Of a stretch of 64,000 bases of DNA, positions 37,001-48,634 are shown piece after piece. Under the pieces are notes generated by a model. It saw nothing but the letters and a program-made list of their open reading frames with translations. It was not told the DNA's origin and made no database searches. The position numbers and the translations under genes were made by a program. Position 1 is the first letter of the stretch, and every line of letters starts with the position of its first letter. This DNA comes from Macrostomum lignano (lineage: Eukaryota): NCBI GenBank assembly GCA_002269645.1, contig NIVC01001631.1, positions 151,886 to 215,885 of the forward strand. The letters are read 5' to 3'.

Positions 37001-37279
37001 CTGCCAAAACTGAGTGCTTTCAAAAAATGCTCGTTTCTGCATGCATCTGGTTTAAAGATTGACTCTGGATTGACCATCGGGATCCTCGGCACGACGGGAA
37101 AAGTTACTTTAGTTTAAACAGTTGCCCGAGGGAAAGTTAGGCCATTCTTTTGTTGTTGATTATAAGAGTCTGAATACTGATTCACTGATCATCTGCTCGT
37201 TTCAGAGTGGCTTCGCGCTGCGGAAAACATGGAGGTTCGACTGCAAAGGCTCGTTCGGGAGTGCTGCGACAATAGTTGA
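761..37279 (+). CDS. PKD1-like: Giant polycystin-1-like (PKD1L/REJ family) receptor-channel with multi-lectin ectodomain; 5'-partial, 42 exons
   Basis: Exons traced by AG/GT sites with matching phases: 761-894, 981-1071, 1247-1432, 1819-2012, 2408-2552, 3423-3625, 3888-4023, 4429-4645, 5107-5398, 6088-6277, 6717-6941, 7956-8222, 8751-8873, 9840-10422, 12114-12235, 14102-14620, 15633-15859, 17338-17971, 18538-18755, 18848-18992, 19690-19882, 20383-20609, 21285-21563, 22337-22485, 22751-22912, 23129-23279, 23780-24056, 24399-24733, 25178-25321, 25395-29551, 29642-29814, 29910-30346, 30423-30647, 31206-31334, 31410-31503, 31573-32746, 32910-33077, 33168-33322, 33409-34108, 34614-34719, 34798-36550, 37206-37279. 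The C-terminal half shows PKD repeats, REJ (NSPPYGGKCDVAP), GPS region, PLAT (YTGADKDSGTDA), DDHIWMSV..FSRIERL and polycystin channel motifs (YSGGGF, WLDNYTR, LNAFIAIINESY). Frameshifts at ~26880, ~31790, ~36168 and ~36425. Confidence 0.88.
1093..1172. repeat. 16-bp minisatellite CCGTAGACTGAGTATT x~5
   Basis: Direct inspection. Confidence 0.9.
1247..4023 (+). CDS. F5/8 type C (discoidin) domain plus a divergent second F5/8C, 5 exons
   Basis: NPVGLEDG...ITLDINLPVRHRISGLVTQGG...VTEFQLLYGDD...PILAKLVRFVPTKFVNSLALRLEILGYP; then DCPVVP...LQLKMYFWLTGF. Confidence 0.8.
1454..1700 (+). mobile_element. tRNA-derived SINE with CORE-like central domain (intronic)
   Basis: A box TAGCCCAGTGG at 1464-1474, B box degraded; 1511-1570 TGTGTCCTTAAGCAAGACAC...CTGTAAAATGGG resembles the MIR/CORE consensus. 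Confidence 0.65.
2755..3058. repeat. TC-rich low-complexity intronic repeat
   Basis: Mixture of (TCTCC/TCTTC)n; a similar tract lies at 3682-3792. Confidence 0.9.
4193..4345 (+). repeat. Dispersed repeat carrying 2 copies of the 16-mer GAGAGTGTACATGCCT
   Basis: AAGGCACA-(16-mer)2-GACGATTAGAAAGTCAGGGCCG...; homologous to 12256-14010, 36807-36845 and 6328-6365. Confidence 0.85.
4429..5398 (+). CDS. C-type lectin domain 1, 2 exons
   Basis: CPFGFFRHKSSCF...AKSICES...HLASP / WEWWDGSPVTWSFW...QCLMM...AWNNIQC...FLCE. Confidence 0.85.
4733..5066. repeat. 32-bp minisatellite with two alternating variants
   Basis: CCCAATGACCTACCATCCTACCATTAAATGCA / ...TATCATCAAGTGTA. Confidence 0.9.
5412..6055. repeat. 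14-bp minisatellite ACAAACAGCACC(C/T)C
   Basis: Fills the intron 5399-6087. Confidence 0.95.
6088..6941 (+). CDS. Fucolectin/tachylectin-4/pentraxin-1 (FTP)-like domain, 2 exons
   Basis: AANDGD...WWRVQLP...VAFVWHYLRSD / EYTCDWFGRFLTVRR...ASEILVY. Confidence 0.7.
6418..6495 (+). repeat. Short interstitial TTAGGG-like tract
   Basis: GGGTTAGGGTTAGGCTTATGC...TTAGGGTTAGGGTTGGGGTTAGGGTTAGG. Confidence 0.7.
6955..7881. repeat. 39-bp minisatellite with 311-bp (8-monomer) higher-order repeat
   Basis: The diagnostic monomer CCACGTCATTG recurs at 7240, 7551 and 7862. Confidence 0.92.
8228..8508. repeat. Degenerate 16-bp minisatellite ATGGGAATCCCCTGCT
   Basis: Direct inspection. Confidence 0.85.
8944..9448. 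mobile_element. MITE with ~100-bp TIRs and TA target-site duplication (Tc1/mariner-type signature)
   Basis: Left TTGGTTTTGTCAGCCTAACTGAGAATAAAGCC... is the reverse complement of right ...GGCTTTATTCTCAGTTAGGCTGACAAAACCAA; TA at 8942-8943 and 9449-9450; 106-bp internal direct repeat. Confidence 0.85.
9488..9805. repeat. 21-bp minisatellite ATCTCCCAGCGGGGATCTCTA
   Basis: Direct inspection. Confidence 0.9.
9840..12235 (+). CDS. LamG/pentraxin (ConA-like) domain, 2 exons
   Basis: VAMWPLDNG...YTLCIYFY...LWRFVCITVDTAAG / LLFGNG..FHLFCVQLYKMAF. Confidence 0.7.
10925..11870 (+). mobile_element. Decayed RTE-clade non-LTR retrotransposon: APE endonuclease joined to C-terminal region, RT absent
   Basis: VGTLNC..TL, YDVIALQEV, LLWAYAP, CDHRLL (APE motifs); then LLYNVETWT/LT...LLRYRRLQL...LHW (RTE C-terminus); frameshifted. 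Confidence 0.8.
12264..13894. repeat. 16-bp minisatellite GAGAGTGTACATGCCT x~101, nearly homogeneous
   Basis: 12279-13894 = 101 x 16 bp; rare variants at ~12595, ~13250, ~13453 and ~13820; embedded in a dispersed repeat extending to ~14010. Confidence 0.97.
14102..14620 (+). CDS. Cys-rich exon ending in a kringle-like module
   Basis: GKFCTQSGGRDACFPWD...AGNNCRQKC...LYTC..LFC resembles kringle G..C..W...NYCRNP..WCYT...C. Confidence 0.5.
14700..15530. repeat. 20-bp minisatellite CTGGTCCTTAATTAGCCCAA
   Basis: Direct inspection. Confidence 0.93.
15633..18992 (+). CDS. Two F5/8C domains plus a divergent F5/8C, 4 exons
   Basis: GYWRAGSTDPDEWLQAAF...YYLLYSDDAEFW / PPIQAMYIRLY...KLELFG / HRVMSVVTAGG...FELLYS...LRFGLLGYP / ECPAVP...VQLHFYGCP. 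Confidence 0.8.
15910..17326. repeat. Minisatellite shifting from 17-bp to 19-bp units
   Basis: CTGTCACATATTCTTGT (5' part) becomes GTGTCACATATTCCTGTCT from ~16255. Confidence 0.93.
18008..18500. repeat. 38-bp minisatellite x~9 followed by a 40-bp repeat
   Basis: CTGTCAAGCTGATATCTGTCCGACTGCCTGTCACCTGA. Confidence 0.9.
19085..19632. repeat. 15-bp minisatellite CCCCGGACACCAAAA
   Basis: Direct inspection. Confidence 0.9.
19690..20609 (+). CDS. C-type lectin domain 2, 2 exons
   Basis: ECPVNFYYLNGRCI...ALEYCRN / WQHWKAAEP...NCAV...WTGLTDC...VICE. Confidence 0.85.
20088..20240. repeat. 16-bp minisatellite CCCATAAACTCAAAAT
   Basis: Related in reverse complement to 20690-21105. Confidence 0.85.
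20690..21105. repeat. 16-bp minisatellite GGGATTTGAGATTC(T/A)T
   Basis: Direct inspection. Confidence 0.9.
21285..23279 (+). CDS. PAN/apple-like exon followed by a divergent F5/8C domain, 4 exons
   Basis: LPEAIKACQYAGRATCSSI..C (PAN-like); QQLEITFTTKWMFFAVTLMG...VYYSD...YASKLIISP...MKIDLW (F5/8C-like). Confidence 0.5.
21635..22300. repeat. 32-bp minisatellite TGACTAAGGTATTCTGTAGCTAATGATCTGAT
   Basis: Direct inspection. Confidence 0.9.
22515..22670. repeat. Short degenerate repeat CTGAGTGCTTG
   Basis: Direct inspection. Confidence 0.75.
23780..24733 (+). CDS. Fibrinogen C-terminal (FReD) domain, 2 exons
   Basis: CQGSWLLFYRH...RSWPAYQNGF...FWLGHELL...YRLRVDYWD / FRISP...YRLTVG...LNGLTFSAYD...CA...AWWF. 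Confidence 0.85.
24780..24962. repeat. 21-bp minisatellite AGCCAAGCTCGTAGCTAT(CGT/TGC)
   Basis: Alternating variants. Confidence 0.9.
25178..25321 (+). CDS. EB/EGF-like 6-Cys module exon
   Basis: FSETCQSDYNC...SVC...CDCLVGW...C; phase 1 at both ends. Confidence 0.7.
25395..30346 (+). CDS. Three Cys-rich repeats, PKD repeats and REJ module (4157-bp exon plus 2 exons)
   Basis: ORFs 25403-26914 and 26895-29555; PKD signatures (YPGDD...SYPEPGAYNLTVFAENY; FFYGFGD...TYDTVGNYTATVVLRNELG); REJ motifs LPYGLYRV, NSPPYGGKC. Confidence 0.85.
30423..33322 (+). CDS. GAIN/GPS region, TM1 and PLAT/LH2 domain
   Basis: MNPYAWS, CQLWD...W...C, PNLIDF, hydrophobic TM1 (VVATVAVLWCLFIPL), PLAT YKLDVYTG...GTDAAIHFSLTG...IDHF...LGDLRQLTIW. 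Confidence 0.85.
33409..37279 (+). CDS. TM2-TM11 polycystin channel region and C-terminal coiled coil
   Basis: HIWMSV..FSRIERLGVC, TOP-domain motifs, MLGKFD pore region, LNAFIAIINESY, final exon EWLRAAENMEVRLQRLV...stop; contains a duplication and frameshifts. Confidence 0.85.
34155..34345. repeat. 21-bp minisatellite GTGTCCACTCACCGATGCCTC
   Basis: Direct inspection. Confidence 0.85.
36807..36845 (+). repeat. Fragment of the dispersed repeat with a single 16-mer copy
   Basis: AGGCACA-CAGAGTGCACATGCTT-GACGATTAGAAAGTCA. Confidence 0.75.
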
Positions 37280-38939
37280 AGCAGATTGACGGACTCGAAC
37301 CAGTTGACTGGGCTGGGACAATGTTTTCTTGATCTTTATCCATGTTCTTGGTTGCGGGCCGTCACCCTGCTCGCCTGAGGCCGTTTCATATAGCTAGAGT
37401 CGCTACCTTCATCTTCCAAGCTCATATTGTTGCTGATTTGTAGGTTAGAGAGCGCTGGTAAGCCTTTAGGAGACATGAGAGGAACTAAGTTAATGCTACT
37501 GGTACAAAGATTATGTCTTTTCTTACCAGTCAAACTTTTGGACTAAAGACTAGGGGCAGCAGTTGTCTTGAATGTAGGGTTCTGCCACTATGGATTAAGT
37601 CAACTGCTCCCAAGCTTAAACTGACTGCAAAAAGCAGCAGTATTGGTGTGCTTTAATGGTTTAAATAGTAATGCACTGGTTAGATTTTACCCACAAAATC
37701 ACTATCCACAGATAGCACGCCACGCGTACCATGTAGTTTCAATCTCTTTCCCAATACCGCAGAGCAGTGTATCAACTAGCTTGTAACAGGTCAAGAGATT
37801 CCCATAGACTACTGACTGCATAGCTTACTTGACTATTGAGTTCCAACAATTCATTCTGAACTTGTCTATGGTAAAACCAGGATAACAAAAACTAGCGGTC
37901 CAATTTTAATGTACAATTTTATCCAACTGATGCGAGACTCATCGTGACTAACAAAATTGACGAGAGGCCGCGATTGCAGTTATGGACTGTGTTCCCAGCT
38001 GTTTTGACCAGACAGCGACTTCGACAGCGAATATGTGAGCTTCAATGAAGAATTACTAGATGAGGAAGATAGAGAAATGCCGAAGTACCTGTAGCTGAGT
38101 ATGGAGTCGAGTTCGCCAACAAGAATGAATGGACAGAGCTGCTGTCAAGATGGTGCAGGCGTAGCCACCAACAGTGATTGTACAAGTGCGTAAAGTTGCG
38201 AATCCAGAATTGGCAGAATGGGTCCGGTTTACTCTAATTAATGAGCCCTATTTATGAGTATAATTTGTCAAAGCCGCAAAAGCCATGCACTTGCACTCAT
38301 TGAAAATAACACTGTTCAATTGCCTGAAAGCAAAAATTGTAAGCATAAATTAAGATTTTTGAGAACATTCCAAAACAAAATAACACACACAAGAAATATC
38401 CTGGATTCGGAATTATTATCGAAAATATATACGTAGTTTACATGTTATCTAGTTTGTATCTTGCCTCCAAAAATGCACAATATACTAAAACTATATGGTC
38501 TATCTTTCTGTACCGGTAGACTTTTTCAAAATGTTAATTGCATTGAAACTGTAGCAGATATTTTCCGTTTTCCTGGGTATAATCAATTGTAAAACAATTG
38601 TTAGAGTTGCGTTGGTCGACTAAATACTTCAATATCTATTCGATTTTTTTCGATTCTGTTTGAAATAAGTTTAAATTTAGATGATTGGAATTTTTTCCTG
38701 CGAATTTTTTCTTTTATATCTTTTACGTAACGAAGCTTTCTGCCTTGTGCGCTATTTTATGCACTTCTAACAGTACGATCAAGAATCTTTTATTATTGAT
38801 GATAAAATAAAGCTGTGTTCTTTTGAAAAGCAAATCGGCCTAACTTCTAATTTATTTAACTATTATACACTATCCGTCACATTTTAAACAATTGCGTGTA
38901 CTGCATGCAATCGTTACTCTCTGAATAAGGTGTGTTAGA

Positions 38940-40110
38940 CACGCCGGGGGTGCCGCTGTACATATCGCTGTACTTTGGCGGGGGTTGAGGTGTGGGGATG
39001 TTGGCCGCGCCGGCCAGCTTAAAGCCTCCGCACCCGGCCCGGCTTGTCTCCGCCGCCATTTCTTAATTTCTCAAGGCGCAGCCGCAGTCATCTGGGATGC
39101 CGAGAGTTTCTGGAGTGTCATCGACTGGGAGCTGGACTGCGGTGGTGTGTTCAAGGATGTTCATATCAACTTCAAGGAGGCTCTGGCACCTTTGCTGATC
39201 ATCCTGCACCGTCGCTCTCAGCTGAAAAATTGTAAAATTGTCATCTACACCGACAGCACCGCAGCAGCTGGCATGATCAATCGGCTGAGCTGTCGTGACC
39301 CGCGGTTCCTGCAGGTGTACCAGACTGTGGCTCTGCTGTGCATCAGGAACAGCATCAGTTTGGAGGCCTTTCACCTTCCTGGTCGCACGCAGATTTTTTC
39401 TGATGCCGCCTCCCGCATGTTTGCCTCGCAGTCTGAGCTCATTAACTTTTGCTGCCGCTACTACCGTACGCTCGTGATCTGCCCGCTTGAGTTCGCGTCG
39501 CACGCGCTCTCTGCCGCTTCCCAATCTCGCCTCCTTTTGCAGGTCGCCCTCGCCCTCCGGAGACGCCGCCCGCCCCCCGCGCTGTGTCCGCCGGACACCT
39601 GTGCCGCCTCGGCCTGGCGGAGAACTCCTGGCGATCCTACCTCAGCCAGCTGCGCTCCTGGGAAGCCTTCTGTGTTAGCGCAGGCCGCCCCTCATCTCCA
39701 GCTGACGGTGACCTGCTCTGCCGCTACATCGCGCACCTGGTGAGCACCCGGCTCCGGTCCTTCTCCAGCCTCCGATCCTACGTCCACGCCGTCTCTTTTC
39801 TGCACCAAGCCACCGGCGCCCCCGACCCAGCGAAAGACTTCACCGTGTAGCTGGCCCTCCGCGGCGCCAAACGTCATCTGGGCCTGCGATGCAAACAGGC
39901 GAAGCTGCTGACCATCGAGCACCTCAAGAGCATCCATCAGCAGCTCCCGCGCTCCATCTCAAGCGCAGATCTCCGGGCCACCTTCTGGGCGGCTCTTCTG
40001 GTGGGCTGGTGGGGCATGTTGCGCCTTGGCGACTTCCTATCGACCCGCGGCAGCCGCTCTGTCTCACGGGCCGACACGGGACGACACGTTGCCTACGTAC
40101 ACGAGGCCAG
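38940..40110 (+). mobile_element. DIRS/Ngaro-type tyrosine-recombinase retrotransposon remnant (RNase H plus overlapping YR N-terminus)
   Basis: HINFKEALA...IVIYTDSTAA..MINR...FHLPG..Q..SDAASR (DIRS RNase H); overlapping frame RSYLSQLRSWEAFC...LRSYVHAV...FWAALLVGWWGMLRLGD...SKT (YR); in-frame stop at ~39848; no gag or RT seen. Confidence 0.8.
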
Positions 40111-40273
40111 CAAAACGACAGCACATGCACGTACTTGCATGCACACGTTACTGGAGCTGTGGAGCAACGTTAGCCACCATGTTTGCCACGAGATTGAATA
40201 CATACTTTTGATAAAAATAGTATAAAAACACTGCTCCGGCCGCTGGCGCGTCCGCTGATTCGGTGGAGTAACG

Positions 40274-40564
40274 GGTAATGGCTATACTAGAGTTCCGGCA
40301 CCGGAACCTGTTTTCTAATGGCTATGGATCCGGCAGTCTTCTGCAGGCAGTTATCTACTGAAGTCTTTGAACATTAGAAGTATCTTGTTTTGAATCTCAT
40401 CGTTTCGTTTTGATCTTATCTTGAACTAATCTCAATATCAACCACCCGTTAAAAAGTAAAATGTTTCTGCTATATTATACCCATAAATTGCACTACTGGA
40501 ATACCACTGCCGGATCCATTGCCGTTAGAAAATGGGTTCCGGTGCCGGAACTCTAGCCATTGCC
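40274..40564. mobile_element. Mutator-like MITE with 9-bp TSD
   Basis: Perfect TSD GGAGTAACG at 40265-40273 and 40565-40573; ~60-bp imperfect TIRs GG(T/C)AATGGCTA..GAGTTCCGGCACCGGAACC. Confidence 0.8.
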
Positions 40565-41939
40565 GGAGTAACGCGAAGTAGACCGCGCTAAGACTGAGAT
40601 TTCCTCCTCAACTAGGGCTTGCATGTGCTATTTCGATCAAGTATGAGCAATCAAGACTCCAATCGAAGTGATGCACGCGGCTATCTCTGAGTTATTTGAA
40701 CTCATCTTTATTGGTCTATTGATAGTGAAATGATCCATGATGTAGTCAATTTAATAATAGGAATGTTGCGCAAAGTGGCACCTATAGGTTGGGATAATGA
40801 CCTAAAAGCATCCGACAATTAAATGATTACAAATTTTAACCAAAGAACAGTCGATAGGTGACTTTCGATGCTGCAGGTTGCGTAGGCACTGCATGCGTCG
40901 CTGTTGTAACTGGGGAGTCGAAATGATGCTGTCGGGGGCGATGATTCTTGCCGGAGTTCAGTATCGGGATAGGCCATGCAGCTAGGGGTTATCAGCAGGG
41001 ATTGGAACAATTGACGGAATTAGCAATTAAATGACAGCCCAACAGTGGTCCTGAGCCAAGTCCAAGTCAGAGTCCAAGTGTACGACCCAGAGAGTGAGAA
41101 AGCGAGTGTTAAAGAGTTACTCAAATTGCGGGAAACGAGCTGCTTATTTAGAGCTGAAATCAAAAAAGCCCCATGCGCGTGACTGCAGGTCGATGCACAT
41201 GCAGGAACTCCGTGAACTCCCCTTGAACGAGTGAAGCAAACCGAGTGGCATCACCTAGCTGCCTAGCCGTTACCGTGACTGGCTAAAAAATGGGTGGGTA
41301 CGCTGCTTAAGGGTGGGGGATTGCGACATCACATTACATGGGAGAAATGACTTGCGGGAGGGGAGTTCATTTGATGCTTTCTAGCTAGTTCGGTGATTCC
41401 GGAGCGGAGGTTGAGGTGCAGGGAAAGAGAAGTTGGGGAGCAGGGCATAGGGATGAGTACCTGTCATCGAGCGAAGGGGCTTGGGTTGAGCTCTGACGGA
41501 CTAATATACATGAATTTTTTATGGAAGGCTGACCGTGGTGACATCAAAACCATCATGGAATAGTATTTAAAAATCGGTTAAAAATAAGTTAAATCTTCTT
41601 TGATAGGGCATCTTGTTCACGCAGCAACTTTTTATAATAAAGTTAAGCTAAAATTAGCTAAAACCTGTACCAGTAAATTTGAACTAACTAGAGTGATACG
41701 ACGAGTTAACAATTTTTTTTGCACGAAATTAAAACTGCGTTTTTCGTCTGCGCCGCGCCGCGCCGCCTTGATTGGAGCATCATCGCTCGCAACGTGCAAG
41801 CATCTTCTCTGTTGCGCGCACGTAGAGGGTAGAGATGCAGACTTTGCCTTGGTTCATCGCTGGCCCGATCCCATTAAAAACTTTTTACTGAATCAACAAC
41901 GAGAGTATCATCTTTTCTGTCGCTTTTCATTCTATTAGG

Positions 41940-42161
41940 NNNNNNNNNNNNNNNNNNNNNNNNNNNNNNNNNNNNNNNNNNNNNNNNNNNNNNNNNNNNN
42001 NNNNNNNNNNNNNNNNNNNNNNNNNNNNNNNNNNNNNNNNNNNNNNNNNNNNNNNNNNNNNNNNNNNNNNNNNNNNNNNNNNNNNNNNNNNNNNNNNNNN
42101 NNNNNNNNNNNNNNNNNNNNNNNNNNNNNNNNNNNNNNNNNNNNNNNNNNNNNNNNNNNNN
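41940..42161. other. Assembly gap (222 N)
   Basis: Run of n. Confidence 1.
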
Positions 42162-42661
42162 CCCTCCATCTCACCTCCAACCCCCCCTTCATTCCCCCCT
42201 CCATCTCCTCCTCCAACTCGAATCGGCTTCATTCCTACTAAAGCGATTTTCACAGAAAGCCCAACCCACAGAGCCTGCCATGCAATTCCAGCGCCTTCCA
42301 AAAATAAGTTCGCATCCCATAACAAGCCCGTGTATCCCTGCTGTCTCCGCGCCAGCCCCTCTCGTCCGCCTCTGTCTCTTATGATGATTAAATTCTCGGC
42401 GCAGGATGAGGCTGAAGTTGAGCTGTCTGTCTATCGGCCCGAAACTTGATTGGGATCTGCTTAGCCCACGCAGCGAGAGAGGCGGCTGAGAAGGATGGGT
42501 AATAAGAATTGAGTCCGAGCTGCTCAGGGAGAAAGGATTTCGTTATCCCATCTTCCATCGCTATTCCAGCTGGACTGTGTGTGATGTGACAAGAAAGTTT
42601 GTTGGGAAATTCTCTTCGTTGGCTGAGGTATGCAGGGACATTGCGAGGAGTTTTCATTTGG

Positions 42662-43147
42662 AGGCGCCAGCACCAGGGGCGCCAGCACCAGGGGCGCCAG
42701 CACCAGCACCAGGGGCGCCAGCACCAGGGGCGCCAGCACCAGGGGCGCCAGCACCAGGGGCGCCAGCACCAGGGGCGCCAGCACCAGGGGCGCCAGCACC
42801 AGGGGCGCCAGCACCAGGGCGCCAGCACCAGGGGCGCCAGCACCAGGGGCGCCAGCACCAGGGGCGCCAGCACCAGGGGCGCCAGCACCAGGGGCGCCAG
42901 CACCAGGGGCGCCAGCACCAGGGGCGCCAGCACCAGGGGCGCCAGCACCAGGGGCGCCAGCACCAGGGGCGCCAGCACCAGGGGCGCCAGCACCAGGGGC
43001 GCCAGCACCAGGGGCGCCAGCACCAGGGGCGCCAGCACAGGGGCGCCAGCACCAGGGGCGCCAGCACCAGGGGCGCCAGCACCAGGGGCGCCAGCACCAG
43101 GGGCGCCAGCACCAGGGGCGCCAGCACCAGGGGGCCAGCACCAGGGT
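42662..43147. repeat. GC-rich 15-bp minisatellite GCGCCAGCACCAGGG x~32
   Basis: Direct inspection. Confidence 0.95.
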
Positions 43148-43674
43148 GGGCTCCCTTTATTTAATTTTTTTATTAGTAATCGAAAAATTACTTCAATAAA
43201 ATATTTATTTTCTGGAGAAAAACTTGACTGATTCCTGGAAAAACTTTGAATTGGTGCCCAATTTTGTAACTGCTGCTGGTACAAAAATCCAAATCACTGA
43301 CAAATTCCACTGATAAGCTTGGACGTCAATCAGTCGTTGACTTGATTGCAACTGGAACCTTTCTGATGCAGAGTCAAACTGGGAACGAACCTACCGTTAG
43401 ATAATTGCTTTTAGAGATAAGAGCTGGCACCGATACCAGCTCAAGGACCACTAGGAACAGTAGTCCTTGTACCAGCTACGCTGGGAAAGCACAGTGTACC
43501 CAGGGGGTAGCAGCTCTGACTGGTCTGGTATATAGTGATTACACGCGGCTTGAGAGTTAGAGTTTGTAGATAAACTATTTTTGCTTGCGGTTCATTCAGG
43601 TAGTTGATTGAGACCTAACTGCATTGGAGTGTCGGCTCATGCAGTCTTAGGACGAGAAGTGAATGGTGAGTAAC

Positions 43675-44030
43675 GGAAAGTGACGCGAACCAGCTTGAAG
43701 TGATGTGTGGAAAGTGACGGGAACCAGGTCGAAGTGATGGAAAGTGACGGGAACCAGCTTGAAGTGATGGGTGGAAAGTGACGGGAACCAGCTCGAAGTG
43801 ATGGATGGAAAGTGACGGGAACCAGCTCGAAGTTATGGGTGGAAAGTGACGGGAATCAGCTTGAAGTGATGGAAGTGATTGAAGTGATTGAAGTGATGAG
43901 CGATGGAATGTGACGGGAACCAGCTTGAAGTGATGGAATGTGACGGGAACCAGCTCGAAGTGATGGGTGGAAAGTGACGGAACCAGGTCGAAGTGATGGG
44001 TGGAAAGTGACGGAAGCCAGCTCGAAGTGA
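43675..44030. repeat. 30-34-bp minisatellite GGAAAGTGACGGGAACCAGCTCGAAGTGATGGGT
   Basis: Direct inspection. Confidence 0.85.
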
Positions 44031-44218
44031 GAAACTAACGCAAAGTGAACGGAAGTAGCTGGAGGCGATGGGAACCAATATGATGTTTATGACTTAAACA
44101 AATAACAACACCAACAGTGATTGAAAGTTAGTGGAAGCCAGATACTCGTAGTGACGGATTTGAATAAAAAATATGATTCGCATTGCGAATTAATTTCCTA
44201 ATCATTCGATTACCGCAG

Positions 44219-46900
<2,682 letters not shown>

Positions 46901-48634
46901 TTTTGATAGGCCATATTATCGATCAGCTGTTTTGTTGTTTTCCGGTGAATATAGAACTGAAGTTTATTACATGTACATGTATTTGTACTAAATCTTATCG
47001 TACGTTTGCATGAAAATTAATGCTTCGATAATACTTTTTCGACAAGTGTTACTCGTATATTCAATTTATCATAGCTACAAGTGCATGTGTATGATATATG
47101 CGGACAGCGCGTTCGTAAAAACGGAGAAAATTAATCTAGTATGAGTCACATAGGCAGATGAGCAGCAGTTTATATACAATAATTTTACATGTTTTGCACA
47201 TTTATGCATGCTGTAGTACACCAAAGGCGTTCCAAACATTATATGTACATATACATTTATATGTAACTTAGTTCCTACATGTAATTTTTAGCGTTTCAGT
47301 TACTCGCATGTACATGTATATCTAAAATTTACATAAATACAAATTTTTGTCGAGTGCTCTTAAATCGTAGATCGCACTTATATGGATGCTATAGATATAT
47401 AGCAACCCACTACACGTCTTGCTTACGTTTTGAGTCATATTTGTTGAGTTTTTTTTCGAGAAATGCTCGTTTGATTAAAATAAAACATTCACGTCGGCAG
47501 GTGAATCGCCACAGTTGTTTGCTTTGTCTTTGCCGTGAACAAAGACAGGACTGTACTGTCCTGGCCTGGGCTGCGGACCCTCCGCAGCAGGGCCAGTATG
47601 CGTTCTCCCACTGACTAAGCAGCACCGATTGTTCCCCTCACTGACTCACCCGAGTCACCCCTACTGCACGCTCCCCATTGCTTCATGCTGCGCATCCCCT
47701 GTACGTTCTTGTTCGTGCCACAGCACGCCTATACGGTTCGGGCCCCAGAGCCCAGAAATATAATGACGGCAAACACGACCCCCTCGGTCTCTCTACGTTT
47801 TTACTGACTGCCTGCCTTGCCTGATCACGAGATCCGCTCCCAGGCAGAGCTTTGGACTAAACGTCAAGACTTACTTCTAAGTCATTACAGTACAATGAAC
47901 ATGTCATCATGTACTGGTATATTCTGGTATCGAAGTTTATATTGTTATTGCAGCGTTGGGCTTTTGTTAAACTTGTACGCAATATTTAACGATACTGGCC
48001 ATCAATTTGCATTAATGAGCAGAACCTTAGGAAAATTTTCGACGCAGGTATTTTGATATAAATATGCAACTTAACTCAAAATCTCATCATTTTTTGAAAT
48101 ATAGCCCAGCAGCGACAATGCTATTATGTCTCACTTTGACTAATATTTGTCTCATTTGTTTTTCTGTACACATTGAACTTGTCAGATGGCGTCGGGTACT
48201 TTTTAAAATCACATTTATTTCTTCGAAGCGATTTGTGCACTACATAAAAAGTCGAAGTTATTTGTCCCATTGAATCTTACTCATGCATAATTAAAATCTG
48301 AACATTTTCAAAGCTGATTAAATGTTGGAAAACTTTAAACAATACTGAATTTGACGCAGTTAAACTTTACAGTTACTGTTCGAGTCAACAAGTATTGCTT
48401 AATGTTTATTTAAATCAATTCAAATTAAAGGAAGAACGATTCCTAAGTATTATTTTCTACAGGCCATAACATAGACAAACCCTTAACCCTGTATCCATTA
48501 ATCAAATAAGGTTATAAAATTTGAGTTTTATTGTTCGTTAACTTTCTTGTTTTTATGCATTTTATCTCATTTTGAGCGAAATTGAATTAAACAAAGCAAA
48601 CAGCAAATTAATTTAATTTACAATAAAAACAGTC

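Noticed and set aside
37300-38250. Possible small gene on either strand after the PKD1L stop
   Set aside because: No ORF with recognisable motifs and no consistent exon chain; may be 3' UTR or intergenic
41927-42325. ORFs spanning the N run
   Set aside because: Artefacts of translating the assembly gap
42388-43284. Collagen/elastin-like GAPGA or APAPG ORFs on both strands
   Set aside because: 15-bp GC-rich tandem repeat open in all six frames
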